64,000 nucleotides of DNA from Lama glama (taxonomy: Eukaryota), in the NCBI GenBank assembly GCA_028534125.1, contig CM052816.1, positions 75,642,001-75,706,000 of the forward strand. The letters are read 5' to 3'. Under the pieces are notes generated by a model that saw nothing but the letters and a program-made list of their open reading frames with translations, searched no databases and had not been told where the DNA came from. Both the position numbers and the translations under genes were made by a program. Positions 39,337 through 53,882 of the stretch are shown piece by piece; the first letter of the stretch is position 1; each line of letters starts with the position of its first letter.

Positions 39337-41104
39337 AAGCTGGCTCCAGTCCCTTGAGTTGAAGAATAATACTAGGCTCTGAAGTTGAGCTACTCCAGAG
39401 GGAATGAGAAATACTGAATCTTCTTAGGCTATCAGTCAAGGGCTTGTTAAGCTAACAAGCACTCCAGATGGTATCTCTTTTACCATTAAAGTGTCACTGT
39501 GTGAATAGTTTAAGCATGAAAAATGGCTGCTAGGCAATGCTTTATCTAAAGGAAGATTCCAGCAAAATAATTTTTGTTAAATGCTTTATCATGACACCTA
39601 AGAAACTGCTGTCCATCTCTGCTGGTAATACTGCATTAAATACTGTGATTTGTGCATTAACTTAAAATGAGGTCACTAGATGAGTATTCTCTGTTGGCAT
39701 CCAGTCCTTCATAAGAATGTTGTTTAAGGTTTAAATAGATGAAGAAACATGTACAGGGCTTCACACTTCCTGTTTAGACAAGATGTCCTTGCCCTTTACT
39801 GCACTGGACATGCCTTTGCCCTGGTGGTTCTGATGGCTACAGATGGCAAGGACCAGAGGACAATAAGGAAGTGAGAAGACGTTTTGTCGTGATGATTTTC
39901 AATAGTGACAGGGGCTTGCTAAATTTAGGAGGGGGCCTGGATTTGTCTGGGTTTCTGTCATCTGAGCTTTTCAGTTATCTGCAATACATAACAGGAGCCT
40001 GCAAGTCCAAGATACATTTCATTTGGTTTACATTTGAATTACGTCAAAGAGCTCTGAGAAAGAAATGCAAAGATTTCTGTGGTTCTATAACTGCATTGTG
40101 TAAAATCCTGCAGAGAAAGGATGAATATCAAAAGGCAAGGTCAGTTATTTGACCTTCACTTTAAACTTGTGCTGCCCAAGTTAAAAAAAAAAGGTGGATT
40201 TTTTCCCTCAGACCAAGATTTTAGCATATTATAGCCCTAAAATTAAAATCAATCACTTTCAGAAAATGTCAATCTTCCCCATAATTTTAAACTTTATTTA
40301 CCTCCTTAAACTGTCTTTATATTTTGATGTCAGATTCATCATTACATGTTCCACAGGTCAAGAAAAAATAAAGAATGAGTGGTGGAAAGGAGTAACATCC
40401 TGAACTGTACAAATTTTTCAAATGTTTGTGATAAAATCTTAGAAACCAATGGGAAATCAACACATTACTAGAAACTTCTCCTTAAAAGTAGGAATTTTCC
40501 TGAAAGCAATAAAGGGCATTAATTTGTATTTCACTAGTACAAATATGTACTCTAAAGGCAAACAGCCTGGGTTCAGATCTTGAACAAGTTGCTTAGCCTC
40601 TTTGATTCTCTTGCTTCCTTATCTGAAAAGTGTAAACAGTATTATTTAACACATAGGGTTGTTATATGAAATGAATCCAAGTAAAACAATTAGCACTGCA
40701 CCTGGAACATAGTAAGTTTAGTCCACTACATGTGAGCTAGCATGCAAAAGGTTAGGAACAACCCAAATATTCACCAGTTGTGAATTGGTTAAGTAAACTA
40801 TAGTATACACGTTAAATGAAATATTATGCAGCTATAAAAAAAGAAGTTCTCTATGCATTGGTATGGAAAGATCTACATGATACACTGTTATGGAGAAAAA
40901 GAAAGATACAGAATAATGAGTTAACTTTTGGGTTAAAAGGAGGAAAGAGAATAAGAATGTACTTTCATACTTGTTTGTATTTGCATGAAGAAACTCTGGA
41001 AGGATACACAAGAAACTAAAAAAAATATATATTATCTGATGTGGGATGCATATGAGAAGGAGACTAGCTGAAAAGATGGAAATAGGTTAGATTGAAAAAG
41101 AGAC

Positions 41105-41283
41105 GGGACTAGATAAACAACAAGGTCCTACTGTACAGCACAGGCAACTATATTCAATATCTTGTAATGGCCTATAATGAAAAAGAATATGCAAAGGAAT
41201 ACATATGTGTGTATATGAATCACTGTGCTGTACACCAGATATTAACACAGCCTTGTAAGTTAACTATACTCAATTTAAAAAAC
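41105..41283 (+). mobile_element. L1 3' end
   Basis: gataaacaacaaggtcctactgtacagcacaggcaactatattcaatatcttg. Confidence 0.75.
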
Positions 41284-43104
41284 AGAGATAGGACTAAGAC
41301 TCCGTGCCTTATACTAGTTTATAATTTCAATGAACGTATTACCTATTCAAAAAAGAAATTTAGAATTATTTAATTTTATTTTGTTAGGTATTATAACTAT
41401 CTTATTCATAGTGCCATAAAATAAGCATCCTAAAGATTCTCTGTCCTTTATCTGTCTGCTTGTTTGTTCATTCATTTGTTTGAAGGAACCAGGGTATATT
41501 GTAGGGACACATGTAGCCATAATAGAAACAGGAATCTTACAGAAATGCTTCGTGGGCACCAGAGCCAAAAGGATGATCTGGATGCCGCGTAGATCTAGTG
41601 ATGCATAGCTCTCTGCTTTAGTGCACTGCCGATGTATTTCCTTGATATTTATATGACCATGTTTCCAAGGTACACATAAGAGTGAAGTGTACTGATCATG
41701 TGTATTTAAATACACAAATACATTTAATAAGTTATCCATACTCATAAAGAAATTACTTTCACTCTCTTGTTCTTTCTTCAGCTTCTTACTGGTATGGGCC
41801 TGCTTTGAGGGAGAAAATGTGGCTTGCCAGAAAAAGCATCAGACAAATCTTGTCTCAAAAGTAAGTTTTACCATTTGCTATCTGGGTTATCCTCTTAAGC
41901 CTCAATTTTCTTACTTAAAGGATAATGAAACCTTCTTCATAGGGTGGATGAAATTCAGGATATATAAACTACATATTGCAGCATGTTGAACACGTATAGG
42001 CTTCCACATGCTCCCCATCCATGAGTAATAAGTGAGTTTTTAAAACATACGCATAAGCAAATGTGAGCCAAAGGAAATTTTTGCAAAATGGCTTATCCAA
42101 AGATATTCCTCCAATGATACACAGTTTGGATGTCAAACTTCCTGAGGACAATCAAATCAACTTACCGACACTCAGTCAGAAGGAACCTGGTTGATAATGA
42201 CCAGGGAGACTACCAACTATGTGACACTAGATTCTGATAGGTCTGTGAGGAGAGCCATTGTGGGTTCTAGTGCTGCTTTACTGATCTAAGTTTACACAGT
42301 CTAAAATGAAAATATACAGGCTTATCAAAGTACTGAGATCATTTTCTTTAGGTTGAAATAGTATCAAATAACATCGTGGTAATGATTGTACAACTCACAT
42401 CGATGAGATGGTTCCAGTTGAAAGTAGAATTATTATAACTTCAATTAGGCAAAAAGTGAAACCAATTATGTTACTAAATGCTCCTAGTATCAAAAAAAAA
42501 AAAATCCTTCAAAATATGTAGCCCAATGCAGGGTGAAATGAGGGCATCTCATTTGTGAAACAGTCAGGAAGAACCCTGCAGAACATTTAGCACTTAATAG
42601 AGTGTCAGTAGAGGTTAGTGGGTTCTCTCATCAAGACTCAAGTGGGGAAACCTCAAAACGGGAAGCAGACTTTTAACACTGTCCAAACACAGGAAATAAC
42701 CGCTTAGCTCACAAGGGCAGTTGAGCAACAGTCTTGAACTGTATGAAACAGACCCATGAAAACGGACATACTGTTAGTATTTTACCTAAAGTGTGTCTAA
42801 AAACTGGCACTTACTTCTCCCCTGCTTAGAATAGACCCTATGTTTTTAGCCAGGGTAGGCTGAGAAACATAAATTCTAAAGCGATGGGCAAATACAGAAA
42901 CAAATCAATGCAATATAAGGTGATAAGGCACCTCTGAATCATTCTTGACTTTTCCCTTCTTCTCACTGCCTCCCACACCCAATTAGTCAACAAGTCCTGA
43001 GAACATACTCCTCAATTATACCCCCCTTCATTCAGTCCTGCTGCCAGTGTACGGCCAAGCCCTCCATATCTGTTACTCCCCGTCTCCTGTCTGGTGTGTG
43101 TGTT

Positions 43105-43630
43105 TGTTGGGATATAATTCACATACCATAAAACTCACCCTTTTAAAATGTATAACTCAGTGGTTTAAAAAATATTCACATGAGTGTGAAGCCATCACCC
43201 TTATCTAATTCCAGAATAGTTTCATTATCCACAGGAGAAATCCTGTAAGCATTAGCACACAACCTTCTAACTCCTGGAAACCACTAATCTACTTTCTGTC
43301 TCTGTGGATTTGCCTCTTCTAGACATTTTATATAAATAGAATTATACGATATGTGGCTTTTTGTGTCTGACTTCTTAGCATAATATCTTCAAGGTTCACC
43401 CATGTTGTGTCAGTGTTTTATTCCTATTCTATGGCTGAATAATATTCTAATATTCTATACCACATTTTATTTATCCATTCATCAGCTGGTGGACATTTGA
43501 GCTGTTTCACTTCTTGACTGTTATAAATAATGCTGCTATAAACATTCATATACATGCTTTTATGTGGACATATGTCTCCAAGTCTTTTGAGAATATACCT
43601 AAGAGTAGGATTACTGGGTTATATGGTAAT
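43105..43630 (-). mobile_element. L1MB 3' fragment
   Basis: gatataattcacataccataaaactcaccc...accactaatctactttctgtctct...aataatgctgctataaacatt. Confidence 0.75.
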
Positions 43631-43728
43631 ATCCTCAAGTCTTCCAGCATAAGAATTCTTGGAGCCCTACAGTCGAAACTACCCTCACCAATTCTCCCCA
43701 TTTCACCCCATCACTTGGCCCTAATTTT

Positions 43729-43815
43729 TATATATATATATATATATACACACACATACACACACACACACACATATATATACACACACACACACATACA
43801 CACACACACACACAC
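43729..43815. repeat. Compound (TA)n/(CA)n microsatellite
   Basis: Directly visible. Confidence 0.95.
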
Positions 43816-44714
43816 ATCAAAATCACAACCCTCATTCAACTCAGTTCACCTGTTCTTTTCCTGTACCCTGTGATTGGGTCTTCCTTTAAGTTCACGACCA
43901 TGAACCTCAAGTGGGCCTGTAAATATTAATCACCCTACTTTTCCTAGTCCATTTGATAGTTCACTCTTTTCTAAACCTCTTTCCACAGACTCACTCTCCA
44001 GTAACAACCTCATTCTCTACTTCACTGAGAAAACTGAACCTAGAGCAAGAGCTTCCCCACACCTACACTGAACCAGTGTACTCTGCTTTCTCTCTGGTCG
44101 TAGTGTATTGCTTCTTTACGCCCCTAACTCGGCAGCTAGAAATTCTACCTCACGTTTCTCTACTAGAAGCCACTTTGGACTCATGCTTTTTGAGCTCCAG
44201 AATCCTTGAGACGCCTATCAGAGCAAATTGGTTCAGAATGCTCTCAAGTAGGCATTCTAGACAGGGAAGGAGCCTCTGCCCCAACCCTCAGCCCTGGTGT
44301 CTTATGGGGCACCGGGATGGACATAAAGTTGAGTGATAACAAGACTTTAAATGGCAGGAACAGAGCCCCCCCCTCCCCAGCCCCGTAGCGCTTAGTAGAA
44401 TTGGTAATGGGCTTAACCAGTATTTGTCTTGCATGTCTACCCCCTGTGACATTCCTCTCTTGTTAATCCTGTCATGAATCTTACTGGCTTCTACTTAATA
44501 TTGATAACTGGGATGCTAGGGATAGGTAGGGGGTGCAGTGGGGAAAGTTGGTGAGTATAACAAAGGCTGAAAAAATTCAAGAATTCTTACACTGAAAGAC
44601 TTGTGGATAACTACTTCATACTTACTTTTCCTCTCCTACTTCCAATATTTACTATTTCACAATCATTCTTAACCAATGACTTTCTATTTCATTGAAAAAA
44701 TAGAGTCCATTACA

Positions 44715-44990
44715 TAGAAAACCAACTATGATTACCAAAGGGGAAAGCTCAGGGAAGGGACAAATTAGGAGTATGGGATTAAAAGATACTAACTACTACA
44801 TATAAAATAGATAAACAACAAGCACCTACTGTATAGCACAGGGAACTATATTCAAGTTCTTGTAATAACATATAATAAAAAAGAATCTGAAAAAAATATA
44901 TATATACACGTGTGTATAACTGAATCATTTTGCTATACACCTGAAACTAACATGGTAAATCAACTACATTTCAATAAAAAACAAAATTTT
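44715..44990 (+). mobile_element. Young L1 3' end
   Basis: gattaccaaaggggaaag...aaattaggagtatgggatt...ctactgtatagcacagggaactatattcaa. Confidence 0.8.
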
Positions 44991-47900
44991 TTAAATCATT
45001 AATACTCTTTTAAAAAGTAAGTATTTGCCTATTAAAAAAAATGGAGTCCGTTATAAAAGGACTTCCACACACTCCCACTGTGCATCCACGCACCTACTGA
45101 CATCTGTGCCCAAGCACTCTGCCTTACCCTTTGTTACCACGAGTGAACTCTGCATGTTCCTGAGGCCAACTCTTCCAATTGTTGCCCAGACTCTACCTTG
45201 TCCACTCACAGTTAGAGCCTGAGGAACCAGCCTTCTTCATCCTTAAACACTCTGCTTAGAAACACCCTGCACTCAGTGAGATCACATCCCCACTCCCTTT
45301 ACAATTAAGCATTGCATGACAGGGTGATTATGTGACCCTTGTTCCAGCAGACATATTTAAGTGTTTCCCCTAACAAGTAAATTTCCAAGACCCAATATGC
45401 CCTGCATTTGGGCCTGTGCTTAGAGCATTTTGCAGAATGAGTGACGTTCAAAGACAACCCCAGATCCCAGGGTTCATCTCCAGCCAGACAGTTTCTAACT
45501 CTCTCAGGGAAAGCTTTACCTAGTGTTTGATTCATTATTGATGAATGACCCCAATAAAGTATATTGATTAGGCCTATTTCAAGAAGAAAGCTTATCATCC
45601 TTTCTAATCCAATAGGTTCCCCACACCTTCATGCTGGAGGAACTTTTTTTTCACTTTCACAACAACCAAGCACTCTGATGAGTGATGTGCCCTTTTGGTT
45701 TACAAAAAAATAAATAAATAAAATAAAATTGACCTTCCATTCACACTAAATTTCTTCAGCAAGAATATAAAATATATGATGCTGCCTATAAATAAAATTG
45801 AATTTCTAAAGCATTTTATATTCCATATGAAAGCAGCTTTCAAAAATGTCTGGAAAAAGATGCCACTGATGATTTAAGCTCCCAGGTAATGAAAGGAGAT
45901 ATTGAGCCCGATTTTCTAGGATAGATTCAATACATTAAAGCAGCATTTCTCATGAATTAGTGGCAACACTAGGTCATTGCAAATACTTTTCCATGTGCCC
46001 TGGTCTCTGTCATCTGCCCTCTCTTTTTTCAGTTTTCTTTCAACCAAAAAACGTTCCCTCATGTCAATTTTCAGGCATGTTTTCCAGATACCCTAAATAA
46101 ACTCCAATGTTTATCACTCATGAGGCCTGAAATTATAGCTTTAACAATTTATTCTTTGCTTCAAACCATCCTCCTCCAGGCTGGGCAACTTAAAAATCCT
46201 ACTTGAAAAGGGTACTGACTCTGTGGACAGAGAAAAGAAGGGTAAGGAAAAGATATTAGAAAGAAATTAAGCAGGATATTAGCTACCCCCCTGATGTGTG
46301 TATAACATCACCAGTTCTGATGTCCAAACCAAATCTGAGGTGGAGGTCCATGCATGAGGGTATAAAAATACACAATGGGGCTTTTTGACAAGCTACTGTT
46401 TTCCAAATATCTATATGTTTAACAAGATCCCATGAAGTTTCCTAACCACTAAAGCATACAAATTATCCGGAAGAGCAGAATAACAGTAGGCTAACATGTC
46501 ACAGTCAAAAAGGAGAAAAAAGGAACAAGAAAAACTTCTGGTTTCTCAATCTAGTTTGCCAAATGTTTGCTGAGCACTTAATATGAACCCTCATATAGGC
46601 CTCTGGATAGAGCAACGAACAGGACAGACAGAACTCCGGCCCTTGTGGGGCTTATGCTTTATACTAGTGGGAAGATATTACAACGCAATTGAGAATTTTC
46701 AGTGGGAGAATGAGTGGGAAGGATGCTCACCCGTGTCACTCAGACAGAGACCTACCTTTATTACCCCTTCAACATAATAAAAATAACAAAAGTTAAGGTC
46801 AACATCTTTGAGTACTTACAACGTGCCAGGCAGTGTAGTTGGCACTTCGTATATACTACCAAGGATTCTAATACAGACATTTGCACCAATATAGTTTTCC
46901 CTTTTGACACCACTTCAGTGTAATAAAAAGAGCACTGCATCTGAATTCAGAATATTTGGACTCATTTCCCAATTTGACCATGTGCTGAACTTAACTCACT
47001 TAACTTTCCTCACTCTCAATTCCATTAAATAGAAATACTGCCTTTACACTGTCTTTCCAGAGTTATGGAGAAGACAACTGACTTTTCATCTGCTAAGTAC
47101 TTAGGACATAGAAAAGACTTGATAAGTACCTGTGATTACTGCGACTCTTCAATATTTTATTATTAAATTACAAAGTAAGTAAAAAGACATTGCACTCTAA
47201 ATTTAGCCTCATGGTATAGATTTCACAGAGCATTAAGTTTTTCTTTCCATTACTTTAAGTTTTTCTTGAGTAGAAACCACACAATATAACTTGAACTCAA
47301 ATCATTTCTTTTATTGTACCATAGATTATTAATCTAAGATTATACTTTGTTTCATGTTCTAGTTTTTAAAGCCACTCTTCTAATGGCAGAAATCCAAAGG
47401 TAGCTTTTTTCTTTCTTTTTTTTTTAATTGAAGTATAGTTGATTTACAATGTTGCATTAGGAAATGTAATTTTTGCTATATAAATATATCTGCTAGTAAA
47501 AAATATGAAGGAGTACTTATTTTGCATAGAATCTTCCAGTTCTAGGTCAAAATATTTTAAACAAACCTCTGATTATATCAGTTATTATTAGTTATTATTA
47601 CCAGCATATTAGAACTACACCATTGTTCTTAGACACCTACATAGAACCACACTGCACAGGTGTAGTTTATTTATTTATTTATGCATCATTTATTTAAGCA
47701 TCCTGGGTTTTTCTAGTCCTTTATAAACAATGGAAGATTATGCATCTTATACAAAGATATTTACGTCTTTGCATACATTAACAGGAATACACATATATGA
47801 CAAATTCATAAAGTAAATTTACTGGGTCAAAGTTACAGTTGCAGTTTATTTTTATTTTTTAAATATACAATCAAATTACCTTCCCAGAGGACTGTGATAA

Positions 47901-48919
47901 TTTATGCTCTCATCAGCAATGGAAATGCTCTTCTTAACATTGGAGGAGGTTGAAATTAATGGCCAAAGGTGGAGGTTGAATTACTTATAAATTTTAACTA
48001 TGTGTGTTTGCTTCCATCCCCTACAAACAAAAATAACTGACCTCTTTAAATCAACTAGACTTCAATTTTTTTAAAAAGGAAAAAAGTTGACCTCTGAATA
48101 CATCTACCTTTTAGCCTTAATATTCGACATGTATTAAGTTGTTAAAGAACTTTTCCAATTAACTAAGGAAATAATTTTAATTATGCAAAGTTTAATATGT
48201 CAGCCTCAGATTAGAAAGAGTTGAACAGACCTGGTTTTAAATACCTATGTTGGCATTGATCTGTTAGCCTTCAAAAGATCCAGAAGATGGCAGTATAATG
48301 ATGTTTTTCCTAAATTTTAAAGAAAAAAATTTAAGTGGGAAAATCTGAAAGTACAGATTATTCCCACTTTTATTTTCTCTTTTCTTAAAATGATGCAAGA
48401 TCACGAGATGCAAGACATTAAGGAATGAGCAAAGGAGATCTCACACTTACAGGAAAGAGAAGTCCTGACGCGTGGAACGCGCACCAGGCAAGGAATTTGA
48501 CTCCCGCTTCAAAGTTGAGCCCCTTTGGGCAAGTACACTCTAAACCTACGTTTTCTTGTAGGTGAAATCATCTAGCACTGCCTTCTCTGCAAGACCACTA
48601 TGAAGACTAAATGAGATAAAATATATGAATATGTACAGCACATAGGGGTACTGAGAATATAATGAGCATTCTGATTTTAACTTTTAAAGTCCTCCTCTGT
48701 TAGCAATATCTCCTGAAATATTCATGGCTGAAATAATATGGCATCTTAAATTTGCTTTTAAATGATTTTGAAAAAGAAAAAAAGAAAAACGTTGAGGTCT
48801 GGAGATAGATAAAACAAGACTGACAACTGATAATTTTGGGAGTTGCTGGGATGAAATTAAGGGGGTTTGTGATACTATTCTGTGTATATGTTTTAAAATC
48901 GCCGTGTGTATACATACAC

Positions 48920-49520
48920 CTCACTCTGGCTGAAACGCAGAAACAGGGCTGCAGGGGGCAGTAGTGGAAGCAGAGAGGACAGGTAGAAGGCTATTGCAGC
49001 GGTCCACACAGGAGGTGATGGCGGCTTAGATTGGACTGGTAATAGTGGAGATCTTAGAGAAGTGGGTGGACTCAAAATACTATGGAGATCCAATTGACAA
49101 GACTTCTTGGTGATTTGGAAGGGGAAGGAATGATTTGGGATTAGGGGAGATGGAGGGAAAGACGCACTGCCAGAAGTCCTGGGTTTGGGCATTATTACGA
49201 CTGGAGAGGGGAAGAGAGTATGGAGGAAAGGCTACAAGTTTGGGAAGAGTTCTCTTTTGTCCATGATAAGTTTGAGATTTCTATCGGGCATGTTATGGAA
49301 ATGTTGATCAGACAATTGAATGGAGTTCACAACACAGGTCAGGACTAGAAAAGTAGATGGGGGGAGGGTGTGTGGGCAGAGTCATGTAGAGAACATTTAC
49401 TGTCAGGGGACCGAGTGATGCCACCAAAGGAGTGAAGAAATAGAGAGGGAACCCCAGGATAGATGTGTAGAGACAGCAAAGGAGAAGCCAGCCGAGCACT
49501 GAAGTCTCCGTCTGTATAAC
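48920..49520 (-). mobile_element. L2 fragment
   Basis: aggctattgcagcggtcca...gatggcggcttagattgg...taagtttgagattt. Confidence 0.6.
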
Positions 49521-49987
49521 AGAATGGTGTAGGGCTATTGGAAGGACTGTGTGTGGTTTTTGTACGTAAAGCCCTTTGGGACACATAGTACACATCAAAA
49601 GCCATTATTCGTCTTTGTTCACTTGTTTTGAAGTTTGCCTCCTCCTTTACTCCCCTGAGGAAAGCAGAAAACAGAGGAGGCCACACCATCAACTTCTTGC
49701 TTCCCCTCAACCATGCAAACCACTTGTAGGTCTACCATCCATTCCCTCTTCCTTTCAATGTCAGAAGAAGACAAATTCTCTTACCTCTTCAAAGTTCTTT
49801 TTCCCAACAGGCTGTCAATTCTATTCCTCCCACCCCTTTTGGAATGTTGCCCTGCCAAGTATGACACTCTGTCTTATACTTTCTGTTCTTTCCCCTTTAC
49901 AGATTCTTCCTCTCAGTCTCTAAGCACGAATTCATTCCATTAAAAAAAAAAGTCTTTCTTATTTATTTTAGAGATTTTTCTCTAGAA

Positions 49988-50310
49988 AGTGCTGCTCAAT
50001 TTTGATTGTGCATATGAAACACCGAGGGATGTTAGAATGCAGACTGTGATTCAGTAGGTGGAGGGGTTGTGGAGCTCATATTCTGCTGAGCGCTGATGCT
50101 GATGCCACTGGTCCACAGACCACACGCTAAGCAGTGGTTCTCAGCCTTGAATGCATGTCAGAATCACCAAGAGCTTTAAAGAATGCTGATATCTGGGTCC
50201 CACTCCCAGAGATCTTGGTCTCTTTGACACAGGCTGTGGGCTCAGCATCAGGATTTTTTTAAAGCTCGCCTTCTAATTCTAACACACAGCTAATATTGAG
50301 AACTCCTGCT
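49988..50310. mobile_element. Two adjacent MER5-type hAT elements
   Basis: cagtggttctca...tcagaatcacc...gagaactcctg hallmark motifs, present twice. Confidence 0.7.
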
Positions 50311-51083
50311 ATCCAGATGGTAGAATTATGAGGGACTTTCTACACCATATATTTCTACAGTGTTTGAAATTTTTTCCAAAGATTATGTTACCTTCTATTT
50401 AAAAAAAAAAGAGATGAATTAGAAGAAGAATGAGGAGGGAAAGGAAGGGAGTAAGGGGATTTGGGAAAAGAAGAGAGGAAGAAACAATTTTCTTGACCCA
50501 GTAGGCACAGCACTTTCTTTTCAATCAAATTTCTTTAAGTGTCTGCTTCCTCACTTTCCATTCACATCTTCACCCTCCCCAGCCTGGCTTCTGTGCCCTT
50601 TTCTCCCTAAAGCTATACTGACAATCAAACAACACAAGGGAGCATGTCTCAGTTCTTACCTTAATGATCTATCTGAGATATTTGACACCATTTGCCAAAA
50701 TTCCAAGAGATTCCCACGAACCTAAAGCAATATTCTGGCATACATCACATGATTAATGATCTTTTTCTTCTTTCTTGTGGGCTACAAATGAGAATAGTAA
50801 ATTATGAGTGGTCTTGTATTGTCATTAAGCAAGGAACAGTGCTTATGCAGATGAAACATGCATGCATGCAAGGCTCCTGTTAAAAAAACCTCTCCATATC
50901 CAAAATTAATGTCCATCCTAAAGGAGATAATTAAAAAGATTAAAGCATTGCTTCCTTTTTGAACCAGACTCTAGGAGCTGTAGAGAAGAGCCCCAGGGTC
51001 TGCTTTCTCACAAAGTGGGAGGGGAAGAAGAAGGTGTGTCCACAACTGCTCATTGAAAGAAGAAATATTTTTTGCAAATAACT

Positions 51084-51510
51084 TGTGCCAGTTCAGGTCC
51101 ACCAGGAAGCAGATGCTAAGATGTTATTCAAGTGCATGAAAAGTCTGTGGTGCAGAAAGGGAGGAGGGGGCAGGAATTGGTGGGAAAAGCCTCACACTGC
51201 CTGCAGGTCTGACACCTGCAGAGGGAAAGAGAAAAGGGACGGGGGACTGGGGAGAAGAGCATCAGACTACAGTGCAGCTCAGAGAAAGTCTCAGCCAGGC
51301 CAACACGGGGACCCAGAGCAAAGACTGCCTGATGGGGTCCCTGCACATGGGAAGGACTGGCCCAGCTCCAGCACCGCCACCATGCTGAGTCACTGGCTCA
51401 CAGCAGCCTGACCAGAGTGTGGTTTCTGGAACGCTGCAGTGGATCCCCAAGGCAGTGCAGCAAAGGGCTTCTCACAGCAGGATGCCCAGGCAGCATCCTC
51501 CAATTGCCAC
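51084..51510. mobile_element. Old ERVL-type LTR remnant
   Basis: tgtgccagttcaggtccaccaggaagcagatgctaagatg...gactacagtgcagctc. Confidence 0.5.
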
Positions 51511-52740
51511 CCAAATCTGAATCTATATGGTTAGTATTTGAATAATTTTAATATGGTTTAGGAAGAATAAAGAGGCAACAGAGTAATCCTTTGGCAGTTC
51601 TATCTGCTAGTTTCTGAAGCTTTCATCTCATTCTTTATCTTAAGTGCATCAAAAGTAGCTCTAGTCTACAAGTATGGAAATTGGCCTTAATTTGATAAAA
51701 TGCCCAAGACAGTCTCTGTCTTCTTGAAACACCCCATCCAGGGCTTCCAGGCACCCCTCTTGGCTCTTCCCCATCCAGTCCTCCTCCATATATCTTACTG
51801 ATCCTCTGCCTGTCCCTTAAATTTTGCCCTTCCTCAAGCTGCTCTGTCACTCTGTCCCCAGTACCCAGGCTTCTGTTGTGATGGAATGATACTTGAAGTA
51901 TTACCTGATACACATTTTTATTAATAGCATTTCCTCCTCTATCTCATCCCTTCACCCAATCCAGTTCATGAGAAGTGGGACAGATATTAAAGGCATGCAG
52001 TATTCAAACCTCTCTTTGTGTATTTATTGCTCACCCTGGGAACTAGCGGTAGCTGTAGGGGTTTACCCAGGATTGGGGGTAGAGAGCAGGGTCCCTTCTG
52101 GAGGACATGCACAACATCTCAGTATCCTCACCTATTCTCCTTTCTCTCTGCCTCTGCATCCCAGAGAAACTGATCTAATCTGCAAGGCTTAGAGTTGTAG
52201 GGATATCAAATCAAGACCCAAGCCAAAAATTATAGTGCATTTAGCATTAATAAAGTTGTCTCCCATTAGTGAAAGAATAATATCATATATACCAGTGATA
52301 TTGGACAATAGGAAGGAAGGATTGAGGTCTAAGGAAAAAAAGTCAAATCTTAAGCTGTGAAAGAGAGAAAGGAGCATACTTTGAAAAATAAAAGGATGTC
52401 TTTTAATCAGATACAAAATTTTCAGGCAAAATGAAAAGTGTTAAATATAGAAGCCTATAGGTAGAACAGCCCCAATCTTAAGTGGCTAGAAGTTTCTACC
52501 TCATTATCAAATTACAGGAGCTTTTAAGTGCCCAATTTTCCAGCAGGGGAGGAATAATGAGTTTAATAAGAATGATAATGAACAGAAATTATCCCAACCT
52601 GGATTCCTGGCCCAGATGAAAATATCTTTCTCTGAGCACCAGAAAACAGGTTTGCAGCCCAGGCTATATCTGAATTTTTTGGAATATGGCCCCAGGGTCT
52701 TTTGCTTCAATGAGAGTTCCTGTTAAGAGGCTATTCCTGT

Positions 52741-52881
52741 GGGGAGGGTACAGCTCAGTGGTAGAGTGCATGCTTAGCATGCATGAGGTCCTAGGTTCAA
52801 ATCCCAGTCTCTCCATCAAGAAAAATTTAAATAAATAAACCTAATTACCTACCCACCTCAAAAAAAAAAAAAAAAAAAAAA
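52741..52881 (+). mobile_element. tRNA-derived SINE (Vic-1-like), inserted in a MER5-like element
   Basis: Near-consensus body, long poly(A), flanking repeat aagaggct; MER5-like sequence continues to about 53005. Confidence 0.9.
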
Positions 52882-53489
52882 GAGGCTCTCTCTCAGACCT
52901 ACCCCAGACATACTGAGTCAGAATCTCTGTGGGGAGCCCCAAAAGTTTTAACAGCCACCTCAGGTGATTTTTCACACACGTTCAAATTATAGAAACACTG
53001 CTTTAAAATTAAAGGAAATTTGACAAAAGGGTATGAAGAATGTTAACACCTTGGATTAAAGAGACAGTTATTTTATATTTCCATTATAGAATAATAAAAA
53101 ACTTTATGGCCCTCGTGTATAATTTAGGGTTAGAACAGGCAATACCCAGATCACAATAGCAGCCTCATCTTATTTAAAAGAGTGAATAATCTAAAATCCT
53201 GTCTTTACTGCAAAACAATTCAAAATCTTCTCTTCAATTCAGGCAATTACCACACCTCACCATCACTAAAATAATTTATATCCTATAAGTAGCCAAAAAT
53301 TATGATTAAGGTGACAGGGATAAACGTTTGATGTTGGTTTGGGGGTGCCATCTGGTGACTTCCTCTTCTGGGTCTCTGATATTCTTGGTATTTCATGATG
53401 TGGTGGTAAAGTGCTACTTTTCCTTTTCTTCCTGGAGGAACAGGCCCTCAGCTGGTGAAATTTCCCATCCTCATTTGCAGCTATATGTG

Positions 53490-53522
53490 GCATGCGCTCT
53501 ACCACTGAGCTATACCCTCCCC
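53490..53522 (-). mobile_element. 5' head only of a Vic-1-like SINE
   Basis: Minus strand ggggagggtatagctcagtggtagagcgcatgc, then homology stops. Confidence 0.8.
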
Positions 53523-53876
53523 CTCCACTTAAATATTTTAAATTTAATATTCCTTCTACTTAATGCTTCTCACTAGCAGAACTTAACCAAATGGTTAGAA
53601 CAATAATAAATCTAATAAATTAAAATTTTTAATTGTGTGACTCAAGTCTTCTTAAATATTTCAATGCTTTTTACAAACTTTGTAAACCTATCCTAATCTT
53701 TTCAATTGAAAAAAAATCACAACTCTAAAATTAAAAAATCAATTATATATTTTAAGTTGGAGTCATGAGGCTAATATAGCAGATCCTCTAATTAGCCAAA
53801 TTATCTTAACTGCTACAAATATTTAAAATATGAAACATACACAGATCATTTCTCAAGTTAATGCAAAATAATTAAT

Positions 53877-53882
53877 TTTATT
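53877..53882 (-). terminator. Candidate polyadenylation signal of the former CARD6 transcript
   Basis: AATAAA on the minus strand about 540 nt past the ancestral stop codon. Confidence 0.45.
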
